Shown: positions 51,686 through 62,516 of the stretch, piece by piece
How the letters are laid out: every line of letters starts with the position of its first letter
Numbering within the stretch: the stretch's first letter is position 1
Assembly (NCBI GenBank): GCA_965219995.1
Contig: CBDCOX010000002.1
Location: forward strand, 3,808,001 to 3,872,000
Length of the DNA: 64,000 nt
Source: Candidatus Latescibacterota bacterium
Lineage (GTDB): Bacteria; Latescibacterota; UBA2968; GCA-2709665
Reading direction: 5' to 3'
Translations under genes and position numbers: made by a program
The notes under the pieces: generated by a model
Databases searched by the model: none
Seen by the model: only the letters and a program-made list of their open reading frames with translations
What the model was told of the DNA's origin: nothing

Positions 51686-53842
51686 ATGTTCCATCACGAT
51701 GAGTTCCCCGACAAGATCGTACATATCTCCGATGCTTCTTTCTTCGAAGCCCTGGATCCCGACCATCCCGGGCTCGGCGCGGTCCGGTCCGCCGCGGATT
51801 CAGGACGTTTCGACGATGCATTCGACGCATGGTGGCGGCATTTCCTGTCCCGGAGCACGCCCGTCAACCCGTTCGCGGGTTCCCTGGATGAACTCCGGCC
51901 GCGGGTCGCGTCCAACCGGGGCCTGGCCGATACCATACTCAACGGTGGACGGCGGCAATTCGGTCAGGTCGAAATCGACTTCTCCGGTCCCGTGGCGTTC
52001 AACGCGTGGTTCGGCGACCAGTCCAAATACGGTTTCCATTATCTCGGCTGGATGGAATGCCTGACGAGGGCCGCTTTGGACACCGGCGATGAACGCTACG
52101 TCGAGGCTTACCTGGAGGTCTTCCGCCAGTGGTACGCCGTGCGGCACGAAATCGTCGGGGCGCGCCGGATGCATCCGGTTTTCTACGAACTGGGCCTGTC
52201 GGGAAGAAGTCGTCGATTCCTGAATTTCCTTTCGGCTGTAAACCTTCTGGGCATGGGCGCCCTGCTCTCCGCTGACCACGTCCGTCGGTTCTTCAAGTCG
52301 TTCCTGGGCGCCGGTCGCTGGCTGACGCTGGAACAGGAGGCGAAAGGATACCGCGAGGGTAACTGGCAGGTGCATGGCATTTCGGCCATGCTGCTCATCG
52401 GTTTTCTCTTTCCTGAATTCAGTGAGTCGGAAGCCTTCCGTACCGTCGGCGCGCGCTACCTCGAGGAGCACATGGAGAAGGACTACTACGCCGACGGCGG
52501 GCACAGCGAACGCTGTTATTCCTATGGCAGCGGCTGCCTGCGCCATCTGGAAGAGGCCACCCTTCTGGCCGAGGCCAACCCGGAACTCGTGCCGCTCCGG
52601 ACCCTGGACTGGCGGGAACAAACGTCAAATGCCTACGCCTGGTTCCTCAAGATGGCCGGTCCCGGGGGTGAAATGCCTGGCATCAACGACGGCAGCTTCA
52701 TGGACGGGTCGGGACTCCTGAATCAGGCTTATGCCTTCACGGGCGACGCCGCGTTTCTTCGGCCCATCCGGCACAGACTGAATGCGAATGATCCAGCACC
52801 CCGGGAACCCGATTTCATGAGCGCGCGCCTGGAATCCAGTGAATTCTGCGTGATGCGCTCCGGCTGGGAACCCGACGACGCGTACCTGCTGGTCAACCAC
52901 GGCCAGTGGCCGGGCGGCCACAGCCACATGGGTATCCTGGACATCAACATGTATGCCTTCGGGGTTCCGCTCGCGGCCGAGGTCTCCCGGTTCGGACCCT
53001 ACGACGCTCCGTGGGATATGTACTTCCGGTCCGAACAGGCGCACAACCACGTGGTCATCGAAGGGGCGCCTTCCACCCGCCCCGATATTCGCGGCGAGCA
53101 GATTCAATTCGGCAGCACCGTATCCTGGGACTTCTTTTCCGGTCTGCACCGCGCTTACGAAGCCAGTGCGGGCGTTGTGATCGAACGCCGGATCCTGTTC
53201 ATCAAACCATGGGGCTTTCTCGTCTCCGACGCTGTCGCGTGTTCGCATCGCCGGAGAAGCGCGCTCTGGTATCTCCACAGCGTCTTCCCTTTCGCCACGC
53301 ATGGCGCCGTGGCCGCCGCCGAAGGCGATGAGGCCGGTCTCCTCGTTGCGCCCGCGAACCCCAGACAGCTCAAATACGCATACAGCGGCATAGATTATCT
53401 GGAAGAGATGGTAAGAGAAATCCCGGTGTACTCCGGCGATCCGCCCGCCGCCCCGTGGCCGGACCGGTATTTCATCGCCCTTCGAGGCTGGTGTGTCGAG
53501 GAGCCTGTCGTCCCGTTCGACGTCCTCCTGATGCCGTATCAGGGCGAGCGTCCCGAGGCGGCGGTTACTCCGCTGGCGTGCAAGATCGATGGAAACGCCA
53601 AATCTCCTGTACTGCCTCGCGCGCTGCAGATTGCCGCGGGGGACCATCACCTTCTCGTGATTCACGGCGCTCCAGGCGTCACAGTTACCGCTAACGACGT
53701 CTCCTTCTCGGGCCACGCGGCCGCCATCGAATATCGGGACGGCCGCCCCGCAAAGGCCTTCGTCCATCGCGGCGACAGCCTGTCGGTGATGGGAAGCAAC
53801 ATCCCGATCTCAAATCAGCCGACCCAGGAAATCGAGCTCTGA
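51686..53842 (+). CDS. Heparinase II/III-family lyase-like protein
   Basis: GNWQ, DGGHSERCYSY, MRSGW, GGHSH and AHNHV. Confidence 0.82.
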   Translation: MFHHDEFPDKIVHISDASFFEALDPDHPGLGAVRSAADSGRFDDAFDAWWRHFLSRSTPVNPFAGSLDELRPRVASNRGLADTILNGGRRQFGQVEIDFSGPVAFNAWFGDQSKYGFHYLGWMECLTRAALDTGDERYVEAYLEVFRQWYAVRHEIVGARRMHPVFYELGLSGRSRRFLNFLSAVNLLGMGALLSADHVRRFFKSFLGAGRWLTLEQEAKGYREGNWQVHGISAMLLIGFLFPEFSESEAFRTVGARYLEEHMEKDYYADGGHSERCYSYGSGCLRHLEEATLLAEANPELVPLRTLDWREQTSNAYAWFLKMAGPGGEMPGINDGSFMDGSGLLNQAYAFTGDAAFLRPIRHRLNANDPAPREPDFMSARLESSEFCVMRSGWEPDDAYLLVNHGQWPGGHSHMGILDINMYAFGVPLAAEVSRFGPYDAPWDMYFRSEQAHNHVVIEGAPSTRPDIRGEQIQFGSTVSWDFFSGLHRAYEASAGVVIERRILFIKPWGFLVSDAVACSHRRRSALWYLHSVFPFATHGAVAAAEGDEAGLLVAPANPRQLKYAYSGIDYLEEMVREIPVYSGDPPAAPWPDRYFIALRGWCVEEPVVPFDVLLMPYQGERPEAAVTPLACKIDGNAKSPVLPRALQIAAGDHHLLVIHGAPGVTVTANDVSFSGHAAAIEYRDGRPAKAFVHRGDSLSVMGSNIPISNQPTQEIEL

Positions 53843-53918
53843 TTCAGGACGGAATCCAGGTACACGCCGAAGGAATCTGCCGGCTGCGCGCCTGGGCCCG
53901 TCCAGCGAGGTACGCCCT

Positions 53919-55502
53919 ATGCCGCAACCACGCATGATGTTCTACCACGACGGGCGTCACCCCCTCATCTATATGTACGAGCCTCCCATCCAGAAGGAGG
54001 AATTCGAAGCCGGCGTGGACGAATTGGCGGGAACTCCCGTGGACGCCATCATGTTCTGCCTGGGCGACGGGCGCACGTTCCTCCACGACACGAAAGTCGG
54101 AGAGGTCTGGGGCCACAACGTGGAGAAATGGTCCCATCTCATCTTCGACAGGGCCAGCCGGAACGCCCGGCATCTCATCCGCGAAGGACACGATCCGCTC
54201 CGTCTGATCTGCGATCGGGCCCACGAAAAGGGCATGCTGGTCTACCCCACGCTCCTCGTGCAGCAGGGTCGCGGGGGCCGGGACGAGGACGTGCGGTGCT
54301 CCGATTTCCGGTTCGAGAACACCCATCTCGAAATCGGCGCGAAAGGCGACCTGGACGACGACTTTCCCGGTCTGACCTGCCTCGACTTCAGTCATGCGGA
54401 GGTCAGGGAAGAACGGTTCGCCGTCATCGAAGAGACGCTGAACGCGTACCCCGTCGACGGCTTCGAGCTTCAACTCAACTACACGCCGGTTTATTTCCAC
54501 CCGGACGCGGCCGAAGAAGGCCGGGAGATCATGACCGGGTGGATCGGACGCGTCCACCGTGCCGTAAAATGCAGCGGTCCTGAACGCGAACTGGCTCTGC
54601 GTATTCCGGCCGGCATCGAGGGTTGTCTCGCGGTGGGGCTGGATGTGCGGGAATGGCTCCGGCGGGGGATCGTGGACGTGCTCATCGGTCAGACCTTCTC
54701 TACCCCGGAACTGCTCGACTCAACCGTCGATTTCCGCCCTCTGGTCGAAGCCGCGGGAGAAACGGGTTGCCGGGTCCACGCCGCGGTGCACAGCCACGTG
54801 GACTCCGACCGGCTGGCCGAAGCACCCATCGAAATGATCCGGGGAGCGGCCTGCAACGCCTGGGCCCAGGGGGTTGACGGCCTGTACCTTGCGCACTGGT
54901 TCGGCAACTGGCCCTATCAGGCGTCTTTCTACGAGAAGCTGCGGGAACTGCCCCATCCGGACGTCATGGCCCCGAAGGACAAACACTACTATGTTCCCAC
55001 CGAGACCGGGCGGTACCCCAGGCCCGTCACCGAACCCGGCGTTTCCATGGGTCTGCCCGCCGCCCTGGATGTGGATAAACCGGCGCGCGTGATCATCCGG
55101 ATGAGCGACGACCTCCCGCACTGGGACGAAACCGGACGGGTGCACGACGTTGCGCTTCGCGTACGAATCATGAACACCACCGAACGGGACCGGTTTCGCT
55201 TCCGTCTCAACGGCAAAGACCTTCCGGACGCACAAATGCGTAGGATCAATGAGATGTACCGAATGAGCGCACCGCGATATCGGACCGGCTCCGGCTACTG
55301 GTACGTATTCCGGCCGGACCGGACAAACTGGCCGCGCCAGGGCGAGAACAAGCTGCAGGTTTATTTGCTCAAACGAGATCCGGACGTCACACCGGACGTA
55401 TACATCCGCGACGTGGAACTGGAGATCAGGTACCTGATGGGGAGGAGCTTTCACCGAACGAACGATCCGGACCTGGGCCCCTTCGAACCTTCGGGGGAGT
55501 GA
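53919..55502 (+). CDS. GHL10/DUF187-like TIM-barrel glycoside hydrolase-like protein
   Basis: DFSHAEVR, DGFEL, GVDGLY and DKHY; paralog of 55566-57014 and 59689-61272. Confidence 0.65.
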   Translation: MPQPRMMFYHDGRHPLIYMYEPPIQKEEFEAGVDELAGTPVDAIMFCLGDGRTFLHDTKVGEVWGHNVEKWSHLIFDRASRNARHLIREGHDPLRLICDRAHEKGMLVYPTLLVQQGRGGRDEDVRCSDFRFENTHLEIGAKGDLDDDFPGLTCLDFSHAEVREERFAVIEETLNAYPVDGFELQLNYTPVYFHPDAAEEGREIMTGWIGRVHRAVKCSGPERELALRIPAGIEGCLAVGLDVREWLRRGIVDVLIGQTFSTPELLDSTVDFRPLVEAAGETGCRVHAAVHSHVDSDRLAEAPIEMIRGAACNAWAQGVDGLYLAHWFGNWPYQASFYEKLRELPHPDVMAPKDKHYYVPTETGRYPRPVTEPGVSMGLPAALDVDKPARVIIRMSDDLPHWDETGRVHDVALRVRIMNTTERDRFRFRLNGKDLPDAQMRRINEMYRMSAPRYRTGSGYWYVFRPDRTNWPRQGENKLQVYLLKRDPDVTPDVYIRDVELEIRYLMGRSFHRTNDPDLGPFEPSGE

Positions 55503-55565
55503 TCGCGCCGGATCAATTCCGTTGGATCATGAGAGACATCGTCGGGCCGGAGGGAAACGTCAGCG

Positions 55566-57014
55566 ATGAGAAAACAACGCACGATCTACTTCAACGACGC
55601 CCGCCACTACTATCTATTCGTCTTCGAACCGCCGATGCGGCTGGAAGACGCCCGGGTGCCTGTAGACGAAGTGGCCGGCACGGCCGTGGACACCTTCGTC
55701 TACGGCGTGTCCCGTGCGGACGGTCTCTTTTATCCCTCGAAGATCGGCCTTATGTTCGGCGACGATCTGCGACCATTCCAGCATGTCCACGAGTGGCGCG
55801 CCTGGGAGAATATGCAAAGCCTCATCGCCCGCGGCCTCGACCCTCTGACCGTCCTGGTCGACCGCGCCCGCGAAAAGGGCATGGACTTCATCGCCAGCCT
55901 GCGGATGGGCAGCTACGGCGGCATGGCCCCGGAACACGCGCTAAACACCGGGGGGCGGGGCTTCGTCCATCCCGAAGTGCGCGACCATCAGCAGGCCGTG
56001 CTGGAAGAACTCGCCACGAGGTATGACGTAGAAGGCGTGGAACTGGATTTCGCGGCCTCCCCCGGCGGAAGTCCTTTCTGGCTGAGGCCCGAAGACGTGT
56101 CCGAATACACGCCGGTGATGACGGATTTCGTAAGAGAAACCGCCGAAATCGTCCGGGGCCGGCCGGGCGGTCCTGCCCTGATCGGCGCCCGCGTCTACCC
56201 CACCGAAGAACTGAACCTGAAGACAGGGCTTGACGTGCGAACCTGGCTTCGGGAAGGGCTGGTCGACTACGTGGTTCCCATGCTTTACGTCGATTTCGTA
56301 CTGGACGCCGATATGCCGGTCGGCTGGCTCGTACAGGCCGCCCACGACCGCGATATCTCCGTCTACGGCATGCTTCAACCCTACTGCAGCGACGAGAGCC
56401 GGCGGTTCAATACGGCCGGGAACGCGACCCCCGCCATGATGCGCGCGGCCGCCGCGAATTTCCTGGAACTGGACGTCGACGGCCTGTACACGTGGTTTCT
56501 GCCCTGGCCCCTGGACGAATCCGGCCGCAGTCTGCTCACGCAGCTGGGCGATCCCGATCTGATCCGGGAAGCCGACAAACACTACTTCCTGCGCCGTCGC
56601 TGCGAGGCCGCGGCCGAATTCGACTATGGCGCCTTTCTACCCCTCGAAATCCCCTCGCCGGATACCGGGAAGTTTCGCCGGATACCCTTCTCCATCGCGG
56701 ACGACCCCGAAAATGACCGAATACGTAGCATCCGCCTTCGGATGGGCGTCAGCAATCTCGTATCGGCCGACCGGCTGGAGATCCGGTTGAATGGCGCCGG
56801 GCTGGACGCCGGGTCCTGCCGCCGTTCGCCGATCCGGTCCCGGGACCCGTACGCGGGACAACTCCTGGAGTTCGACCTGGAAAATGTACGTCCCCGGAAG
56901 GGCCGGAATGCGCTCGAAATATCCCTGCTAGAAAGGCCTCCAGGTTTCGAAGGAGGAATCGTGATTGAAGACGTGGAAATCCTCGTCGAGTACGGGACGT
57001 ATTCATCGCGATAA
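55566..57014 (+). CDS. GHL10/DUF187-like glycoside hydrolase-like protein
   Basis: ASLRM, PEVR, EGVELDF, DGLY and DKHY. Confidence 0.65.
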   Translation: MRKQRTIYFNDARHYYLFVFEPPMRLEDARVPVDEVAGTAVDTFVYGVSRADGLFYPSKIGLMFGDDLRPFQHVHEWRAWENMQSLIARGLDPLTVLVDRAREKGMDFIASLRMGSYGGMAPEHALNTGGRGFVHPEVRDHQQAVLEELATRYDVEGVELDFAASPGGSPFWLRPEDVSEYTPVMTDFVRETAEIVRGRPGGPALIGARVYPTEELNLKTGLDVRTWLREGLVDYVVPMLYVDFVLDADMPVGWLVQAAHDRDISVYGMLQPYCSDESRRFNTAGNATPAMMRAAAANFLELDVDGLYTWFLPWPLDESGRSLLTQLGDPDLIREADKHYFLRRRCEAAAEFDYGAFLPLEIPSPDTGKFRRIPFSIADDPENDRIRSIRLRMGVSNLVSADRLEIRLNGAGLDAGSCRRSPIRSRDPYAGQLLEFDLENVRPRKGRNALEISLLERPPGFEGGIVIEDVEILVEYGTYSSR

Positions 57015-57078
57015 TGCAGATGATCTGTATTCTCCGGGATAGGATCGACAAGCAGATCAAATAAAAGGAGTCGACGGC

Positions 57079-57534
57079 ATGAACGTCGGAATGAAAGGGA
57101 CATGGATTGTGCGTAAATCTGTTCTGGTTCCTGTGGTACTGTCTGTGCTCATTGCACCGGCAGGACCAAATGACAGTTCCCATGTTGTCCTATCGGCAAT
57201 GCCGGAAACGCTGGTCGTATCAAGTTCGAAAGGAACTGATCGCACAGTACTTTCACCTCAAGAACGACAGGAATTCCGGGTTATCGTTGTCAAAGACGGG
57301 AAATCGTACAATTGGGCGAGTCGGGATAACAGAGAGTTGGCATATAACAGAAGCGGTCATTTCCATTACTTTACGGATGCAGATGGCGGGGGAGTTATTA
57401 AGGTGTTTGATCCTCAAGAAGCTGCGAAGGATGGGATTATTCAGGACTCGACAAGCACACAATTTTTCGAAAGTGTCTCTTTAGGGCTCGTCACCTATAC
57501 ATACTGGGGTATAGTTTCTGAGTTTAATCCATAA
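57079..57534 (+). CDS. Hypothetical exported protein in a lower-GC insert
   Basis: RBS aaggag; hydrophobic N-terminal segment. Confidence 0.6.
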   Translation: MNVGMKGTWIVRKSVLVPVVLSVLIAPAGPNDSSHVVLSAMPETLVVSSSKGTDRTVLSPQERQEFRVIVVKDGKSYNWASRDNRELAYNRSGHFHYFTDADGGGVIKVFDPQEAAKDGIIQDSTSTQFFESVSLGLVTYTYWGIVSEFNP

Positions 57535-57572
57535 CAAGATCGAATTGTCAATCGAAGGGATTCACTAAAGCT

Positions 57573-58741
57573 ATGTTCAAGATTTCTATTTTGGTTCTGA
57601 TCTTGGTTGTGCTGATCTTGCGTGTTGGTGCAAGTGAGGATATGGATGCTGAAGCAATAATTGGGCAACTCAAAGGTTCGAATGAATGGGAAGAATCCAG
57701 CGTTTGGGTAAAAAAGGTCTGCAACCGAGGTTTTGATTCACTTCGAATCACGTCAGAGGGGAAGAAACTAAATGACGTCCTTAGCAATAACAAAGATTTA
57801 TTGGTTTGCGTTATATATCTGAAACACGGCGAGGGATATTTTGGTGAGAGATTGAGGGAAGTTCTCGATGAGTCTGGAAGTCTCTTGAGTCAGGATAACG
57901 GCCACGATGAGGTCTTGAAGCGTGCCGAAATTGGGGACGGTAAGACACAATATTTACAGGGCTATATGATGTTTTTTTAAATGCTCCGAGAGAAGGGCGT
58001 GAATGGATCTTACGTTCCGCAAAATCGGGGTATGTGCCTGCTATGATATTTCTTTCGGGAGGCGACGATGCGGACAAACAATGGTTAGAACGGGCCGCGA
58101 GAAAGGGAAGTGCAGAAGCGGCAAGGAGGCTGGCAGGTCACTATCGGTGGGTTGGCAAAGACAATCATAACGCGTACTTCTGGTACGAGTCGGCGGCGGG
58201 ATATGGGGATCGGTGCGCCAAGAGGGAACTTGGAGATATATATAATTCAGGCTTGTTGGGTCGCATTGAGAATCGAAGCTCGGCAGCCCATTGGTATCGG
58301 CTTGCGGCAGACGAATTGGATGTGGAGGCCTCCTTTAAATTGGGCAGAATGTACGAAAAAGGCATTGGTGTTCTCCAGGATTACGAACAGGCAATTCTTC
58401 TGTATAAATATGCGGCTCACATGGGGCATGTCGGAGCTATGTATTGGATTGGAAGGATGCACGAAGATGGTAAGGTGCACAAAAGAGACGTTGTTCGCGC
58501 GCATACATACTTCAATTTGGCGGCAAGTTTAAAGGATTTAGTGATTCTGGAGTCGGAGGGTTTCGGGGGATTAGGCTTTTGGGATCTTGGGGTTAAGGAC
58601 GAAGATATTATAGCTGCACGGAAACAAGTGGAACGGCTTATGTCCAGGGATCAGATATTGGATGCACAACAACTCGCGAAAGATTGGTATCCAGTGATAA
58701 GGGATTCACACAAAGTGTATGTGAAACGAGGGTGCAATTGA
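57573..58741 (+). pseudogene. Secreted Sel1-repeat protein split by a frameshift at a T7 tract
   Basis: ORFs 57573-57980 and 58034-58741 join into one frame with a -1 shift at 57972-57978, and the join completes a Sel1 repeat. Confidence 0.75.
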
Positions 58742-58820
58742 CTAATTCGCAGGGGTTTTGCGCGCTGAAGACTTGAAACATCCGACTACGGAGTTTGCGG
58801 ACGACGTGAAGATGGGCGAT

Positions 58821-58913
58821 GAAATCCCCCCACCGCATCAGCCGTCGCCGGCCCTTCGACAAGCTCAGGGATCGGCTTGGCTTCTGCGACTCCCCCTCAA
58901 GGGGGGAGTGATT
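58821..58913. repeat. Composite REP-like palindromic element
   Basis: cccttcgacaagctcaggg motif and actccccctcaaggggggagt hairpin (58889-58909) between convergent genes. Confidence 0.55.
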
Positions 58914-59060
58914 GGACCGTTGAAAGGGGCGCGCATTTTCGCTTCTGCCTATCGGGTTTCTGCTGAACACAGCGAAGCCGCGCGAGGTTCAACGGCATGT
59001 GATACTTTTTTCCAACATGCCGCTCCGAACCGAATCCTCGGCTTTGGATCGGACGTTTCC

Positions 59061-59645
59061 TCAGTCCCCTTCAAGCAGTCCCCCGGCACGCAGCACCCGC
59101 CAGAACGCGTAGTCGGCCGCGTTCACGATGGTATTTTCGAGGCTCCGCACCACCAGTTCTCCTTCCCCTGAATGCCCGCCGGCAATATGCGCAACGGCTT
59201 CGGGCAACCCCACGCTCAGACATACGTGGACACCGTAGGCCGGATGCCGTATGGACGGCCACCCTGCCGCGCCCGGCGCGCGCTTCCAGCGGGCCTGGTT
59301 TTCCGGATCGAATTCCCAGGGCTTGCCGACGTCGTGGCACAACGCGCCGGCAATGAGAACATCGCGGTTCACCTTCAGGTTAGGAAACATCGAGACGAGT
59401 TCATCTGCCATCCGCATCGCCAGGCGGGTCACCCCGCGGATGTGGTCGGTCTGCGTCCCCTTCTTCAGCGGCGGCGTATCCGGGTTCCCGGATGGCCGGA
59501 TCCCGGCGATGGATTCGAAACTGCTGCCCGCAAGCGCTGTCGCCCATGCCTCGATGACCTTCTCCCGCAACGAGGCGTCGACGATTTCCCGTGCTTCCGG
59601 CAATTCGGTGCGGACCCTTTCTCGCAATGAATCGGTTTCGGCCAT
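59061..59645 (-). CDS. HD-domain protein
   Basis: DHIRGV, LCHDVGK, RHP and AAD. Confidence 0.85.
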   Translation of the reverse strand: MAETDSLRERVRTELPEAREIVDASLREKVIEAWATALAGSSFESIAGIRPSGNPDTPPLKKGTQTDHIRGVTRLAMRMADELVSMFPNLKVNRDVLIAGALCHDVGKPWEFDPENQARWKRAPGAAGWPSIRHPAYGVHVCLSVGLPEAVAHIAGGHSGEGELVVRSLENTIVNAADYAFWRVLRAGGLLEGD

Positions 59646-59688
59646 TGCATCTCCCTTCAGTCCCAGTGTTCGGCGGTATCCCGTGGGG

Positions 59689-61272
59689 TCAATACCGGAC
59701 GACCAGTTCCACGTCCGTCAGGACGATGTCGCAAGCCAGTTGCGGATGGCGTTCAATCAGTCCGACATTGACCGTATGTATCCCCTGTCCGACGTCTGAG
59801 GGACGCAGCGGGAAGCACAACCACGCCGCCCGGCTCACGTCGGAAATGAGGCGGATGCCCGGTGGAGGCTGGAATGCGCCGCCGGGAGGATTGGTGTTGT
59901 CCATCGCGCAATAGCGGGTTTCAGGGTCTTTCAGTTCCCGCCCGTCCCAGACGACGCAGACCTTGTCGCCGACCACCCACTGATCGAGCCGGACGCGGAG
60001 TTCCAGGTGTGACGCGCCGTCTGCTTCGACGTCATCGGCGATGTCCAGGGTGATGGCCGGCATTTCGCCCGTTACGGTTTTTTTCAGGGCCACCGGCACT
60101 TCTCCCAGGATCCGGTCGATGCGGTAGGCGCCGCGCCACGGTCCCTCTTTCTGGATGAACCGGTGCGTGGCCGCGTAGATCTTGTCGGTGCGGTGAAGCG
60201 TATCGGGCGAGGCGATCTGCGATAGCAACTCCCTCTTCATGTCCCGGTTGGCGTGCCAGTTGAACGTGTAAATGCCGTCGGCGCCGGCTCGATGGTACCG
60301 GGAGGCGATCGCCCGGGTGCGCATTCGATCTTTGATGTCAGGCGTTTCCGGGCCGACGAACGGGTCGGGCAATCCGCTGTCGAATCCCGCGTACACGGCG
60401 ATCCCCCTGTCCCGGCACATCTCCACGAACGCGGCCACCTCCAGGGACGCGTCGGTGACCGCGCCTCCTCCCAGAATCAGGATGTCCACCAGCCCCTCCT
60501 CGATCCACACCGGAATGTCGTAGCCGATTCGGCGGCACATCTCCTGCGAACCGGCCACGCGCGCCGCCAGATGGAATGGCCTTCCTCGCCGCTTTGCGAC
60601 GTCGTCCGTCAGCTGCCGGACCCGGCGCTGGAGGTCGGTGAGCACGTACCGCAGCCGGTAAGCCTCGTCTTCGGGAAGGTGGAATGCGTGCCGCTGCCAG
60701 TCCAGTTCCACGCCGTCCCAGTCGTAGCGCGTAACGACCTCTTCGATGTGGGTAAACCGGTGCTCGCGGACTTCGGGGACAGCCATATTCCACGAGAGCG
60801 CGAACCATTCCGACGTCTGGTCGCCCAGCACCCACTCCGGGTGTTCCCGCCGCATCCCCGTCAGCTCCGAGTGGTGGAGCGTGGGGAGGTCTTCCAACTG
60901 CGCCCCGTCGAAGTGGTTGTCGTTCATGCGCACGGATGCGTAGACGGCCATACCCAGGGCGCGGCCGTGTTCGATCAGCGAGACATGCGGGTCCTCCCCC
61001 CGCTCGAGCATCCGGCGGATGTTTTCGGTGTGGGTATAGGCCGAGACGTTTTCGTACCGCCGCCCGTGAACGTCCCCAAGCATTTCCAGCGCGGAATCCG
61101 GCCAGCGTGCGGCGTGCTCGCCGATGCACCAGAACAGCGCCCCCACCTGCGTGTCTTCGAGAGGCCCGTAGGTCTTCTCGAGAAACGCGTCCATGGATTG
61201 CGGCGCCTCGGAATAACCGTGCGGCGCCCCGTCCCAGTTGTAGATGATCCCGTAGTCGAAGGGTCCGGACAT
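59689..61272 (-). CDS. GHL10/DUF187-like glycoside hydrolase-like protein
   Basis: ASVRMNDNH, PEVR, DGVELDW, GADGIYTFN and DKIY. Confidence 0.7.
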   Translation of the reverse strand: MSGPFDYGIIYNWDGAPHGYSEAPQSMDAFLEKTYGPLEDTQVGALFWCIGEHAARWPDSALEMLGDVHGRRYENVSAYTHTENIRRMLERGEDPHVSLIEHGRALGMAVYASVRMNDNHFDGAQLEDLPTLHHSELTGMRREHPEWVLGDQTSEWFALSWNMAVPEVREHRFTHIEEVVTRYDWDGVELDWQRHAFHLPEDEAYRLRYVLTDLQRRVRQLTDDVAKRRGRPFHLAARVAGSQEMCRRIGYDIPVWIEEGLVDILILGGGAVTDASLEVAAFVEMCRDRGIAVYAGFDSGLPDPFVGPETPDIKDRMRTRAIASRYHRAGADGIYTFNWHANRDMKRELLSQIASPDTLHRTDKIYAATHRFIQKEGPWRGAYRIDRILGEVPVALKKTVTGEMPAITLDIADDVEADGASHLELRVRLDQWVVGDKVCVVWDGRELKDPETRYCAMDNTNPPGGAFQPPPGIRLISDVSRAAWLCFPLRPSDVGQGIHTVNVGLIERHPQLACDIVLTDVELVVRY

Positions 61273-61648
61273 AATTGCCTCCTGTAAATCGGATGATTTC
61301 GGTTCCAAATTGCGATTGACATTACATGGCGTCCGTCTATTTTACGAGTGCGCAACGCTAATTTCCAGGTGTTTTCCGCGCAGGACCAGGCGCCGTTTCA
61401 CGATGCGCGTCCGAGACGGACGACTGCAAGGCTTTCGCTCACATTCTCGTGTCGGGGAGACCGGCGGGCAGTCGATAGATCCGCGCATTCGTGTTTACGG
61501 ACGTTTCCACGCCATTGGCCAAACGTGGAGACGGGGGATGCTTCGGCTGCGCTCAGCATGACAGTAAACCCAACCGTCAGAAGGTCGATGGGTCCGTCAC
61601 TTGATATATTCTTCATTCGGTAGCACGCGTTTTTCGTCACTACTGCCT

Positions 61649-62431
61649 ATGAAATCCGCCTTCTGCACCAACGCATTCGGCAATACGCAAGCCGATCAGG
61701 AAAGCGCCATCCCGTATCTCGCCGAACTGGGATACGACGGCATCGAACTCTGGCAACAGTTCCTTTGCGACGCGGACCTGGCATGGGTCCGTTCCATCGC
61801 GGCCGAACACGACCTCGAAATCGTGCAGGTCTGCCCCTACTTCGACTTCACCACCAGCCGGGAAACCTGGGACCGGAGTATCCGGGACGCGGAAACCTTT
61901 ATTGAGTACGCGGTCGAACTCGACTGTCCATTTATCCGCACCTACACCGGCAACGTAGGAAGCGCGGACGCCACAGTCGAGCAGTGGGACGCCTGCGTCC
62001 GGGGGTTGCGGACCGTCTGCGAAATGGGCGCCGCGCACAATATCGGGTTCCCGTTGGAAACGCACCAGGTGATTCACCATGGGCCCAACCTGACGGATAC
62101 GAGTCCGAGCACTCTCAAACTGCTCGACGACGTGGGCATGGAAAACCTCACCGTGAACCTTCAGACGCCTCTCGTTGGCGAGTCCGTCTTCCGTACCGCC
62201 GAACAACTCGGCGAACACGTCGTCCACCTGCACGCCCACAACTGGCTGGAAAGCTGGCCGAACCTTACGTTTCTGGACGCCGGCGACGTGGACTTCGCCG
62301 CGTTCATCCGCGTTCTCCAATCCAAAGGCTTCGACGGCTACATTTCAATAGAACACGGGAGCCACCATCCGCCATACGAGACGGCTGCGCATGAAATCGC
62401 ATTTCTGAAGAAACTCATCGAAGGAGAATAA
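61649..62431 (+). CDS. Sugar phosphate isomerase/epimerase (TIM barrel)
   Basis: GYDGIELW, LETH, HLHAHN and GFDGYISIEH. Confidence 0.88.
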   Translation: MKSAFCTNAFGNTQADQESAIPYLAELGYDGIELWQQFLCDADLAWVRSIAAEHDLEIVQVCPYFDFTTSRETWDRSIRDAETFIEYAVELDCPFIRTYTGNVGSADATVEQWDACVRGLRTVCEMGAAHNIGFPLETHQVIHHGPNLTDTSPSTLKLLDDVGMENLTVNLQTPLVGESVFRTAEQLGEHVVHLHAHNWLESWPNLTFLDAGDVDFAAFIRVLQSKGFDGYISIEHGSHHPPYETAAHEIAFLKKLIEGE

Positions 62432-62516
62432 AAGAACGCGGGTCCTGGATGACGCGGTGCCATATTTCCGTTTCCCTTGAAGACATGCAAGCGCGAATCG
62501 ACAACCGGAGGCCGAG

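Noticed and set aside
58758-59171. 137-aa ORF
   Set aside because: It spans a palindromic repeat element and overlaps the HD gene antisense, so it is probably spurious.
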